This document shows, piece after piece, positions 9,849 through 19,707 of a stretch of DNA of 64,000 nucleotides. The notes below the pieces were generated by a model. The model had not been told where the DNA came from and did not search any database. It saw nothing but the letters and a program-made list of their open reading frames with translations. Origin of the DNA: Betaproteobacteria bacterium (GTDB lineage: Bacteria > Pseudomonadota > Gammaproteobacteria > Burkholderiales > Ga0077523); the NCBI GenBank assembly GCA_037141795.1, contig JBAXBV010000011.1, forward strand, positions 69,843 to 133,842, written 5' to 3'. The first letter of the stretch is position 1, and every line of letters begins with the position of its first letter. The position numbers and the translations under genes were made by a program.

Positions 9849-10657
9849 AGGCACCGGCGTTCGACTACGAGAAGCCCCGTTCGGTAGAGGCCGCGGTGCG
9901 CCTGCGCGCAGAAGCCGGGGACGACGCCAAGTTCCTGGCCGGGGGGCAGTCCCTCGGGCCGCTGCTCAACCTGCGGCTTGCCCGGCCGGCGCTTCTCATC
10001 GACCTCCGCGGCATCGACACCCTGCTCGCCTGCGGCCAGGAGGGCGACGAACTCGTTCTCGGCGCCGGGGTCACCCACGCCGCCATCGAGGACGGTTGTG
10101 TCGGCGGTCCCCTCGGGCGGTTCCTCGGCGGCGTGGCCCACGGCATTGCCTACCGTGCCGTGCGGAACCGGGGCACCCTGGGCGGCAGCCTCGTGCACGC
10201 CGACCCGGCCGCCGACTGGGTGAGCGTGATGGCCCTGCTGGGCGCGCAACTCGTGGCTGTGGGCCCCCACGGATCGCGGTCCCTGCCTGCGGATACCCTG
10301 GTGGACGGACCCCTGTCCACGGTCCTCGGTCCCGAGGAACTGGTTGTCTCCATTCGCGTGCCCCGCCCGTCGGCCGGTGCCCGGTTCAGCTACTACAAGT
10401 TCAACCGCAAGCCGGGGGAGTTCGCCGAGGCCATCGCCGGGATCCTCTCGGATCCGGACCGCGGTGTCTTCCGGGCGGTGATCGGCGCCACGGACGGCGC
10501 GCCCGCCGTGATCGACGATGCCCGCGCGCTGACGGATGGGCGCGACCCCGGGTCCGCCGAGACGGCGGTGAGTGCCGCCGGCTTCCTGCCCGGGACCTTC
10601 GAGCACCACGTGCACGTCGTGGCGCTGCGGCGCGCACGCGAACGGCTGGCGTCCTGA
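9845..10657 (+). CDS. Molybdenum hydroxylase FAD-binding medium subunit (CoxM-like)
   Basis: 270 aa with a GTG start. FLAGGQSLGPLLNLRLARPALLIDLRGI is typical of the FAD_binding_5 domain of the XDH/CODH family. Confidence 0.85.
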   Translation: MKAPAFDYEKPRSVEAAVRLRAEAGDDAKFLAGGQSLGPLLNLRLARPALLIDLRGIDTLLACGQEGDELVLGAGVTHAAIEDGCVGGPLGRFLGGVAHGIAYRAVRNRGTLGGSLVHADPAADWVSVMALLGAQLVAVGPHGSRSLPADTLVDGPLSTVLGPEELVVSIRVPRPSAGARFSYYKFNRKPGEFAEAIAGILSDPDRGVFRAVIGATDGAPAVIDDARALTDGRDPGSAETAVSAAGFLPGTFEHHVHVVALRRARERLAS

Positions 10658-10706
10658 TGGACGGCGAAGCATCCCCGAGGCTCCCGAAGGTGAAGCGGTC
10701 TCTCCC

Positions 10707-11189
10707 ATGAAAAGCATCGAACTGACTGTCAATGGCAAGCGGGTCCAGGCTCTCGTGGAACCTCGCACCCACCTGGCGGATTTTCTCCGGGAACAGCTGC
10801 GTCTCACCGGCACGCACCTGGGTTGCGAGCACGGGGTGTGCGGGGCGTGCACCGTCGAACTGGATGGCGAGCCAGCGCGTTCCTGCCTGGCGTTCGCGGT
10901 GGCGTGCGAGGGCTCGTCGGTGCGCACCGTGGAGGGTCTCGACGACGACGAAACCGTGGCCGCCCTCAGAGAGGCGTTCAGCGTTCATCACGCTCTCCAG
11001 TGCGGTTACTGCACCCCGGGCATGCTGGTGACCGCGCGCGATATCGTCCTGCGCCTGCCGGATGCCGACGAGGCCCGCGTGCGGGAGGAACTCGCGGGCA
11101 ACCTGTGCCGGTGCACCGGCTATCTGGGAGTCGTCCGGGCGGTCCTGTCCGTGATGGCGGCCCGGAAGAGCGCGAGCGGCGGCCGGTAG
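10707..11189 (+). CDS. Molybdenum hydroxylase (2Fe-2S)-binding small subunit (CoxS-like)
   Basis: 160 aa from ATG 10707 (MKSIELTVNGK). Two [2Fe-2S] cysteine clusters: GCEHGVCGACTV and QCGYCTPG...CRCTGY. Confidence 0.9.
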   Translation: MKSIELTVNGKRVQALVEPRTHLADFLREQLRLTGTHLGCEHGVCGACTVELDGEPARSCLAFAVACEGSSVRTVEGLDDDETVAALREAFSVHHALQCGYCTPGMLVTARDIVLRLPDADEARVREELAGNLCRCTGYLGVVRAVLSVMAARKSASGGR

Positions 11190-12241
11190 AGTCCGCGGCC
11201 CATCAGGCCCGTGCGGCCGTCGGCACCGATCATGCCGATGTGCACCTGGGGCTGGAGTTCCTTCGCGACCAGCGTGCGGGCGTCCAGGCCGACCCGCGCG
11301 TCGAGACCCGGGTGGCGGGTTTCGAGGCACCTCGCTGCCGGGGCATCCCGAAGCCGCTGCCCGCCGAAGCCGGCGATGTCGATGACGCCGCTGTCGCCGA
11401 TCATGGGGCACACCTCCGCCGGCGCCTGTCCGTGCGCCAGTTCCCCCTCGGGCGGCGCGCCCCCGACCCGGGTCCATGCGCTCGGGTCTCCCCCCAGCAG
11501 GATGCCCACATCCTTGCCGTTGCCGGCCAGGGCCAGCAGCACCGTGGGCATGCTGTCGGCTGCCGCGAGCATCATCACCCTGCAGGCCGCCATCCAGAGC
11601 GTGAGAAAGAACAGCGGCGACTGGGCCAGCATGGCGCGGGTCTCGCGGCTGGCCGTGTCGGTGCCCAGCCGGCGATCGAGAATCTCCGCAAGGGCTGTCG
11701 TGGCGCAGGCCGTGCTGCCGTGCAGGTCGTCCCCGCGGTCGAGCCCCTGCCGCGCCGGCTCCAGCAACTCCACCGGTTCGGCGAGCGCTGCCCTCAGCGC
11801 CGGGAACAGGGTCTGCTCCCGCCAGGCGTGCCGTGCGAGCACGGCGGGGTTGCGCGTGCCGAAACGCATCTGCGGTCCGGAGCCGCTGGACAGCGGAGCC
11901 CAGGCCTGGGTCGACGGGTCCCCCAGGTCGGCCACCCTGGTAAGGGGAGTGGACGGTGACACGACTTCCGCCAGCGGGGTGACCGCCCCGAAATCCTGGG
12001 CCGGCAGCAGCCGCACCACGTCCGACCGGATGAGGTTCTCGGCCTCTTCATCCGTGCTGGCCCACCCTTCGTGGCGACAGGCCAGCACCGCGGATGACAG
12101 CACGGGCGCCGACGGCTCGCCCGGACTGGCAAAGGGCGGCCCGGCGTGCAGGAGCATCCGGGGCCCGAGGCCCAGCGCCTCTCCGGCGAAGGCGAGGCCG
12201 TTCCAGACAGGGCGCGAGCGCCGGAGGGGGTCAAGGTTCAT
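11120..12241 (-). CDS. DUF1116-like protein (YlbE-like family; function unknown)
   Basis: 373 aa. LLHAGPPFASPGEPS...EGWASTDEEAENLIRSDVVRLLPAQDFGAVTPLAEVVSPSTPL resembles DUF1116 as I remember it. Its ATG overlaps the upstream ATPase stop (ATGA 12238-12241). Its 3' end overlaps the convergent coxS-like gene by 70 nt. Confidence 0.6.
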   Translation of the reverse strand: MNLDPLRRSRPVWNGLAFAGEALGLGPRMLLHAGPPFASPGEPSAPVLSSAVLACRHEGWASTDEEAENLIRSDVVRLLPAQDFGAVTPLAEVVSPSTPLTRVADLGDPSTQAWAPLSSGSGPQMRFGTRNPAVLARHAWREQTLFPALRAALAEPVELLEPARQGLDRGDDLHGSTACATTALAEILDRRLGTDTASRETRAMLAQSPLFFLTLWMAACRVMMLAAADSMPTVLLALAGNGKDVGILLGGDPSAWTRVGGAPPEGELAHGQAPAEVCPMIGDSGVIDIAGFGGQRLRDAPAARCLETRHPGLDARVGLDARTLVAKELQPQVHIGMIGADGRTGLMGRGLYRPPLALFRAAITDRTARTTPR

Positions 12242-12966
12242 GGCGTGTGCAGTCCGAGATAGGCGTTCCGGATTCGAGGGTCGTCGGCGAGGGCTTCGGG
12301 GCTGCCCGCGGTGGCAACGCGGCCGCTTTCGATCACGCAGGCGACCCCGGCCAGATCGAAGGCGGTGAGGACGTCCTGCTCCACGAGCAGGATGGCCACT
12401 CCCGCGGCGCTGATGGCGCGCAGCGCTTCGCCCAGCAGGTCCACGGCACGAGGGGCGAGCCCGAGGGAGAGTTCATCGATCATCAGCAGGCGGGGACGCG
12501 CCATCAGGCCGCGCCCGATCGCGCACATCTGCTGCTCCCCACCCGACAGGGTGGTGGCGTCCTGATGGCGGCGATCGCCGAGGATCGGAAACAGGGTGTA
12601 GACCTGTTCGAGGTCCTGGGCGAGTTCGGCACGGCGGGCACGGCGGAGGAACGCCCCCAGAAGCAAATTGTCGCGCACGGAAAGGCCCCGGAACAGGCGC
12701 CGCCCCTCCGGCACGTGGGCAATGCCAGCGGCGAGCACGGCGTCGGGAGGGTCCCCGGTGATCTCGCGCCCGGCCAGGAAAACGTGGCCGGCGCGCGCCG
12801 GAACCAGGCCCGAGAGGGTCCTGAGCACGGTGGACTTGCCGGCGCCGTTGGAGCCGACGATGGCGGTGATGCCCGCCGCCGGGACCTCGAGGTCGATCCC
12901 CCAGAGAACCTGCACCTCGCCATAGCCGGCGGCGAGCGCCTCGACGCGCAGCAGCGACTCAGGCAT
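12238..12966 (-). CDS. Branched-chain amino acid-type ABC transporter ATP-binding protein (LivF-like)
   Basis: 242 aa from ATG 12966 (MPESLLRVEAL). Walker A GSNGAGKST, signature LSGGEQQ, Walker B LLMIDE. It overlaps the upstream ATPase gene by 8 nt. Confidence 0.9.
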   Translation of the reverse strand: MPESLLRVEALAAGYGEVQVLWGIDLEVPAAGITAIVGSNGAGKSTVLRTLSGLVPARAGHVFLAGREITGDPPDAVLAAGIAHVPEGRRLFRGLSVRDNLLLGAFLRRARRAELAQDLEQVYTLFPILGDRRHQDATTLSGGEQQMCAIGRGLMARPRLLMIDELSLGLAPRAVDLLGEALRAISAAGVAILLVEQDVLTAFDLAGVACVIESGRVATAGSPEALADDPRIRNAYLGLHTP

Positions 12967-13726
12967 GGACGGCACCGGGCGTCGGGCGGGTGTGCCGCGC
13001 GGCGAAGCGGGCACCCAGGTAGGCCTCGACGACCCGGGGATCGTCCACCACCGCCTGTGGCGTGCCGTCCGCGATCAGTTCGCCGTGGTGCAGCACCAGC
13101 ACGCGCCGCGACAGGGACAGGACCACCTTCATCAGGTGTTCGATGAGCACGATGGTGACCCCGTCGGCTGCGATGCTTCGGATGAGGTCCAGCGCGCCGT
13201 CGATCTCGGCCGAGTTGAGGCCTGCGTTGACTTCGTCGAGCAGCAGCAGGCGGGGTTTCATCGCGAGGCTCTTGGCCAGCTCCAGGCGCTTGCGCGAGGG
13301 CAGGGTCAGTTCGGCGGCCGGCTGGTTCGCCCTGTCCGCGAGGCCGACGCGTTCGATCTGGCGCAGCGCCTCCTGTCGTGCCATCGCCGGGCTGGTGGCC
13401 CCCCCGGCGAACAGGGCACCCGCCGTCACGTTTTCCAGCACGGTCATGCGCGGAAAGGGCTGCACGATCTGGAACGTGCGGGCGAGGCCGCGGCGTGCCG
13501 CCTCGTGGGGGCGCTGCCGCGTGATCTCCACACCGTCGAGCCGGATCACGCCGGCCGATGGTCGGTGCACCCCGGTGATCAGGTTCACGAGCGTGGTCTT
13601 TCCCGCGCCATTGGGACCGATGAGGCCGATGATTTCCCCCTGTTCGATCCGCAGGTCGAGGCGTCGCACCGCGTCGACGCCCCCGAAGCGCTTCGACACC
13701 CCGGCCAGTTCCAGCAGAAGGCTCAT
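12959..13726 (-). CDS. Branched-chain amino acid-type ABC transporter ATP-binding protein (LivG-like)
   Basis: 255 aa from ATG 13726 (MSLLLELAGVSKRFGG). Walker A GPNGAGKTT, Walker B LLLLDE. The 823-aa ORF in the track is an out-of-context extension. Confidence 0.9.
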   Translation of the reverse strand: MSLLLELAGVSKRFGGVDAVRRLDLRIEQGEIIGLIGPNGAGKTTLVNLITGVHRPSAGVIRLDGVEITRQRPHEAARRGLARTFQIVQPFPRMTVLENVTAGALFAGGATSPAMARQEALRQIERVGLADRANQPAAELTLPSRKRLELAKSLAMKPRLLLLDEVNAGLNSAEIDGALDLIRSIAADGVTIVLIEHLMKVVLSLSRRVLVLHHGELIADGTPQAVVDDPRVVEAYLGARFAARHTRPTPGAVHA

Positions 13727-14643
13727 GCCGGTCGCCTCCGGGCTGCCAGCGTACCCAGCAGGCCGTCGGGCAGGAGGAAGATCAGCGCAACGATGACCGC
13801 GCCGAGAATGGCCTGGTTGAAGTCCAGGAACCGGGCCCAGACGGTTTCCTCCAGCAGGACCAGGACGGTGGCACCCAGAAGGGGACCCAGCAGGGTGCCC
13901 GCGCCGCCCAGCAGCACCATCACCGGGACCTTGACGGTGAGCAGGATGCTGAAGGCGTCCGCCGGAGCGATGTAGGCGACCCAGGACGCGTAGGCCGCGC
14001 CCGCCATGCCGCAGAACACTCCGGACAGCACGAAGGCGGCAATCTTGCAGCGAGTGGTGGCAACACCCACCATTTCGGCGGCATCCTCGTTCTGGGCGAT
14101 GCACCGCAGCGCGAAGCCCAGGCGGCCGCGCTCGAGGGCCAGGGTGGCGACGAGCGCGGCGAGCGCGATCGCGAGCATCGCGAACAGGAAGAACCGCGAG
14201 ATGGTGTCGGGGTCGCCCGGCAGGAGTTTGAGGTTGAGGCCTTCCCCGCCGCCGGTCAGTCCCGAGCACCAGGCGGCCAGCAGGCCGAGGATTTCCACCA
14301 GAGAAATGGAGGCGATCGCGAAGTAGTGCCCCCGCAACCGGAGCACCACCGCCCCCAGCGCGGCCGCGACTGCCGCCACGGCGAGCGCGGCTGCGCACCA
14401 CGCGAGCATCATCGGCAGGCCGGCGTTCTGGCACAAGGCCCCGCAGTATGACCCCAGCCCCACGAACGCCGCCGTCGCGAAGGAGGGATAGCCCGCGTAG
14501 CCGCCGATGAAGTTCCAGGACAGCGCGAGCGCCCCATACAGCGCCACGAAGGTGGCGATCTTGACGACGTAGTTGTCGCCGGCCAGCGGCGCGGCGGCGA
14601 GGATCAGGAGCCAGAGCGCTCCACCTGCGTATCGACGGTCCAC
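13723..14643 (-). CDS. Branched-chain amino acid-type ABC transporter permease (LivM-like)
   Basis: 306 aa with a GTG start. Polytopic hydrophobic protein. LSWNFIGGYAGYPSF is typical of LivM-family permeases. Its 3' end overlaps the ATPase start by 4 nt. Confidence 0.85.
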   Translation of the reverse strand: MDRRYAGGALWLLILAAAPLAGDNYVVKIATFVALYGALALSWNFIGGYAGYPSFATAAFVGLGSYCGALCQNAGLPMMLAWCAAALAVAAVAAALGAVVLRLRGHYFAIASISLVEILGLLAAWCSGLTGGGEGLNLKLLPGDPDTISRFFLFAMLAIALAALVATLALERGRLGFALRCIAQNEDAAEMVGVATTRCKIAAFVLSGVFCGMAGAAYASWVAYIAPADAFSILLTVKVPVMVLLGGAGTLLGPLLGATVLVLLEETVWARFLDFNQAILGAVIVALIFLLPDGLLGTLAARRRPA

Positions 14644-14649
14644 GGCGGC

Positions 14650-15522
14650 CTACTCGAAACCCTTGCGTCCCAGCAGACCCGTCGGGCGGGCCGCCAGCAG
14701 CGCGATCATCAGGGCGAAACCCAGCAGGGCGGCGGCCTGCGGGCCGAACCAGTGTCCGCCGAAGCTCTCCGTCACGCCGAGCGCGAGGCCGCCGACCAGG
14801 GCCCCCGGCACCGTGCCCAGTCCGCCGACGACGCACACGATGAAGGCTTTCCCCAGCAGCTGACCCGTCGCGCTGGTGGTGACGGGATACACGACGGCCA
14901 GCAGGCAGCCGCAGGCCCCCGCCATGAAGGCGCCCAGCCCGAAGGTGAGCGCGTAGATCCGCGGCACCCGGATGCCCATCAGGCACGCGGCTTCCCGGTC
15001 CATGCGCACGGCCACGATGGCACGCCCGATACGGGATCCGCGCAGCACCGCGTAGAGGAGTCCCGCGAGCCCCAGGGCGAGCGCCATCGCGGCCACCCGG
15101 TCCACGGGCAGCACGACCCCGGCGAACTCCAGGCGCCCGAGGTCCAGGGTGACCCGCTGGGGCGTGGCCTCGAAGGCGGCATTCATGGCGTTGTAGAGGA
15201 TCATGTCCAGTCCGAAGGTGAGGGTCAGGGTCGCGAGAACCGGACGTTGCACCACCCGGTTGATCAGCAGCCCCTGGATCGCCGCGCCCAGCAGGAACAG
15301 GCCGGTGGCGACGGGAAGCATGGCGGCGAGGGGATGGATGTGGGCCGTTGCCCAGAGGCGGCACGTCAGGTAGCCGGCAAGCACGATGAGCGAACCGTGC
15401 AGCATGTTGATGACGTTGAGCACGCCCCACACGAGGGAGAAACCCGTGGCGATGCAGGCGTACAGGGCACCCAGGAGCAGGCCGTTCAGGAGCACCTGCA
15501 GGGTGAGGGAAGCGTCGGTCAT
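14650..15522 (-). CDS. Branched-chain amino acid-type ABC transporter permease (LivH-like)
   Basis: 290 aa. LLNGLLLGALYACIATGFSLVWGVLNVINMLHGS is the typical LivH N-terminus. Confidence 0.9.
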   Translation of the reverse strand: MTDASLTLQVLLNGLLLGALYACIATGFSLVWGVLNVINMLHGSLIVLAGYLTCRLWATAHIHPLAAMLPVATGLFLLGAAIQGLLINRVVQRPVLATLTLTFGLDMILYNAMNAAFEATPQRVTLDLGRLEFAGVVLPVDRVAAMALALGLAGLLYAVLRGSRIGRAIVAVRMDREAACLMGIRVPRIYALTFGLGAFMAGACGCLLAVVYPVTTSATGQLLGKAFIVCVVGGLGTVPGALVGGLALGVTESFGGHWFGPQAAALLGFALMIALLAARPTGLLGRKGFE

Positions 15523-15549
15523 CGCGGTCAGCCCGGAGAAATGTCCGGG

Positions 15550-16758
15550 CTAGCGGACCGGGCGGAGGGGGGCCTGCCGGATGGCGTCGGGAAACAGGAC
15601 GACCGCCTTGCCGCCCTGAACCTGGATGATCGGCAGTTCTCGGGCGGCGTTCATGCCGTTGCCCGTGAAGTCGATCGCGCCGTAGAAGGTCCGCAATTCC
15701 AGTGAGGCCAGGGCATCCCGGAGTTTCGTCCTGTCGAGGGTGTTCGCCTTTTCGGCGGCTTTCTGGATCGCGATCATCGCGGCCGCGGCCGAGGCGTGGA
15801 CGTAGTCCGGTTCGCCCTTCTCGCCCCGCGCGTGGAAGTCATCGACGAAGGCCTGCGTCGACCCGAAGACGTCTTCCCCCCTGTTGGGCACGGCCGGCGA
15901 CCACCAGGTGGCGCTGGTCACGTTCTCGGCCAGTGGGCCGAGCGCTTCCGCGAACTCCCGGTAGGCGGGCCCCGTGATCATGGTGATGACCGGGGCGGTC
16001 ACGCCGAGATCGGCCATCTGCTTGCGCGCCAGCACCAGGTCGCGCGTGTAGCCCGACACGAAGATCCAGTCGGGCTTCAGGGACCGGATCGTGGACAGCG
16101 GTGCCGACAGATCCATGGCTCCCACGGGGTAGAGTTCGTTGTAGATCACCTCCAGCCCTGCTCGCCTGGCCGCGTCGACCATGCTGGCGGCCATGGACTT
16201 GGGAAACACGTCTTCCCGGCCCAGGACCGCCACGCGGCGAGTGCCGGGCAACTGGCGCGTCACCAGGCCCGCGAGGGCATTGGTCAGTCCGGCATTGGGC
16301 GCGAGGGTGCCGAACAGGAACCGGTAGCCCTGGTTGAACACGGACTCGGAAGAGGCGACTGACGCGACCACCGGAACGCCGTAGCGCTCGGCGACGCCGG
16401 CCACGACCTTGGTGTGACCGGAGCCGAAGGGAGCGGTGAGGACATCCACCTTGTCCTGGGTGATCAGTTTTTCCGCAATCTGGCTGGCACGCTGCTCGTT
16501 GGTCTGGTAGTCGTAGGTGATCAGTTCGACGCGGTGCTTCTTGCCGCCGATGACGATGCCGCCCGCGGCGTTGATCCGTTTCAGCCACATGTCGTAGGCC
16601 ACCTGCTGCTTGCGACCCTCGTCCGCGAGGCTGCCGGTCAGTGCGAGGGGGGCGCCGATGCGCAGCGTCTGCGCCTGGGCACCGAGGCTTGCAATGAGCA
16701 GCGCAGCAGCGAACAGCAGGCCCCGCGCCCCGGTGTGCCGCGACGATGACGTCTTCAT
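15550..16758 (-). CDS. ABC transporter periplasmic substrate-binding protein (Leu/Ile/Val-binding protein family)
   Basis: 402 aa from ATG 16758, with a GGAG 6-9 nt upstream. Signal peptide MKTSSSRHTGARGLLFAAALLIASLGAQA. LRIGAPLALTGSLADEG is typical of the family. Confidence 0.85.
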   Translation of the reverse strand: MKTSSSRHTGARGLLFAAALLIASLGAQAQTLRIGAPLALTGSLADEGRKQQVAYDMWLKRINAAGGIVIGGKKHRVELITYDYQTNEQRASQIAEKLITQDKVDVLTAPFGSGHTKVVAGVAERYGVPVVASVASSESVFNQGYRFLFGTLAPNAGLTNALAGLVTRQLPGTRRVAVLGREDVFPKSMAASMVDAARRAGLEVIYNELYPVGAMDLSAPLSTIRSLKPDWIFVSGYTRDLVLARKQMADLGVTAPVITMITGPAYREFAEALGPLAENVTSATWWSPAVPNRGEDVFGSTQAFVDDFHARGEKGEPDYVHASAAAAMIAIQKAAEKANTLDRTKLRDALASLELRTFYGAIDFTGNGMNAARELPIIQVQGGKAVVLFPDAIRQAPLRPVR

Positions 16759-17022
16759 GCTTGTCTCCACAGGGATGGATCGGGCCGCTCGCGGGCGGCC
16801 GACCGGGCACCTTCGCAAACGCCGCGCCACCTGACCGAAGGGTGTCCCGTGTCCGTACAAGGGGGACGGGAGGCCTCGCACCGCAACGGCATGTCATCGG
16901 AAGGTGCGTCCGGACGGGGCGGGCGCACCCCGCTGGTGCGGGCTCGACCCGCGTGTGCACAATCTCCCGGGAAGTGCCATCATCCCGGCCGTTACCATTT
17001 CTCAATGGATCCAGGAGGCCAG

Positions 17023-17337
17023 ATGTTCGCGCTGAGTGTCGATGATCGCAAATGGGTGCCGGCGAAACAGCCGGGCGTGGAGCGGGCGGTCCTATGGGAG
17101 CAGGAAGGCGGCGGGCGGAGCCTGTTCGTCCGCATGGCCAAGGGTGCCACCATCGAGATGCACGGCCACCTCGGCAAGGAGGAACTCTATCTGGTGAGCG
17201 GTCGCATGCGCATCGGCGATTCCGTCCTGATGCCGGGCGACTACCACCACACCAGTCTCGGGGAGCGGCACGACGTCGAGGCGTTCGAGGACACCGTGTT
17301 CCTTGCCATCACCGAGAAAGTGATTCCCGGTCGATGA
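17023..17337 (+). CDS. Cupin-domain protein (ChrR-like cupin, stand-alone)
   Basis: 104 aa from ATG 17023, preceded by AGGAGG (17013-17018). Cupin core is MHGHLGKEELYLVSGRMRIGD...GDYHHTSLGERH. The stop overlaps the next ATG (ATGA 17334-17337). Confidence 0.7.
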   Translation: MFALSVDDRKWVPAKQPGVERAVLWEQEGGGRSLFVRMAKGATIEMHGHLGKEELYLVSGRMRIGDSVLMPGDYHHTSLGERHDVEAFEDTVFLAITEKVIPGR

Positions 17338-18095
17338 ACGAAGCGCTGCTCGGCCAATACGCCACCCGGTTCTACCTGCCTCTTTCCGCCCTGTCGCGCC
17401 GCTGGCGAGGATTGTCCCGCCGGCTGCGCGGCAAGGTGAACATCTCGGAGTTGCCGAAACGTCTGCCACGCGTGTCCTGGAACCGCGCGACGGGGTCGCA
17501 GCCCTTCGGAGTCTGGGAGGGCTCGAAATCCCACGGGGATGTCCGGTTGAGCGAACTCGCCATCCTGTCCGCGCTGGCAGCCGAGTGCGAGGATGGCACC
17601 GACCTCTTCGAGATCGGCACCTTCGATGGCCGCACGACGTTCAATCTCGCGATGAACAGCCCGGGCGGTTGCCGCGTCCACACGCTCGATCTCCCGCCCG
17701 ATACGGCCACCGCCTTTTCCATCGACGTTGCAGAGCGGTCCCTGGTGCAGAAGGCGCGCTCGGGGGCGCGCTACGAGCGCAACCGCGCGCGCCATCCCGA
17801 TGCGGTGGGCAAGATCCGCCAGTTGCTCGGGGACTCCGGCACGTTCGACTTCTCTCCCTGGGCCGGGCGCTGCTCGCTCGTGTTCGTGGATGGATCCCAC
17901 ACCTACGATTACCTGCTCTCCGACACCCGCGCTGCCATGACCATGGTGCGCCCGGGAGGGGTGATCGTCTGGCACGACTACGGTGTCTGGGACGGCGTGA
18001 CCACCGGTCTGGAGGAACTCGAGGCGCGCGAGCGTTACGGCCTGCGCAATGTTCGAGGTACGAGTCTCGTGGTCTGGCGCCGGGCATCCGCCTGA
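17334..18095 (+). CDS. Class I SAM-dependent methyltransferase (Methyltransf_24-like)
   Basis: 253 aa. SAM-binding motif I DLFEIGTFDGRTTFNLA. Also LVFVDGSHTYDY and GGVIVWHDY, typical of this O-methyltransferase-like fold. Confidence 0.75.
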   Translation: MNEALLGQYATRFYLPLSALSRRWRGLSRRLRGKVNISELPKRLPRVSWNRATGSQPFGVWEGSKSHGDVRLSELAILSALAAECEDGTDLFEIGTFDGRTTFNLAMNSPGGCRVHTLDLPPDTATAFSIDVAERSLVQKARSGARYERNRARHPDAVGKIRQLLGDSGTFDFSPWAGRCSLVFVDGSHTYDYLLSDTRAAMTMVRPGGVIVWHDYGVWDGVTTGLEELEARERYGLRNVRGTSLVVWRRASA

Positions 18096-18138
18096 CAGCG
18101 TGTTTGCCCAGAATCCCGGCGGTCGCGGTGTCCCGGGT

Positions 18139-18170
18139 CGCCAACCCGCCAACCCGCCGACCCGCCAACC
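18139..18170. repeat. Tandem octamer repeat (CGCCAACC x4, third copy CGCCGACC)
   Basis: Read directly: 18139-18146, 18147-18154, 18155-18162, 18163-18170. It lies in the 183-nt spacer between two convergent genes. Confidence 0.9.
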
Positions 18171-18278
18171 GGCGGGGATCCCGGCGACGGGCGCCCGGCG
18201 GATGTCGAGACGGCGCCGTTTTCACGATCGAAGCGACACCGGTCGGGCGGGCTGCCGGGGCGGTCGGCGGCCCAGTTG

Positions 18279-19694
<1,416 letters not shown>

Positions 19695-19707
19695 GGAGGG
19701 CGATCGC

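Noticed and set aside
7098-9854. 918-aa minus-strand ORF opposite the molybdenum hydroxylase large subunit
   Set aside because: Same reasoning as above. The plus-strand frame carries XDH-family motifs and is coupled to its neighbours. The antisense product is Arg/Gly/His-rich with no motifs.
7482-11189. Calling the three-subunit enzyme an aerobic CO dehydrogenase (coxLMS)
   Set aside because: The large-subunit active-site loop reads PYRGVAR rather than the CODH form I AYRCSFR signature. No coxDEFG-type accessory genes are present, and an amidohydrolase is co-transcribed. I keep only the generic XDH-family hydroxylase call.
12959-15430. 823-aa minus-strand ORF spanning the ATPase and both permease genes
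   Set aside because: Only its last 255 aa (from ATG 13726) are LivG-like. The remainder is an alternative frame across the LivM/LivH-like genes, which are themselves clearly hydrophobic permeases in their own frames.
18139-18170. Possible CRISPR or mobile-element terminal repeat
   Set aside because: The units are 8 nt long and directly abutting with no spacers. No cas, transposase or integrase genes are nearby. It is a simple microsatellite.
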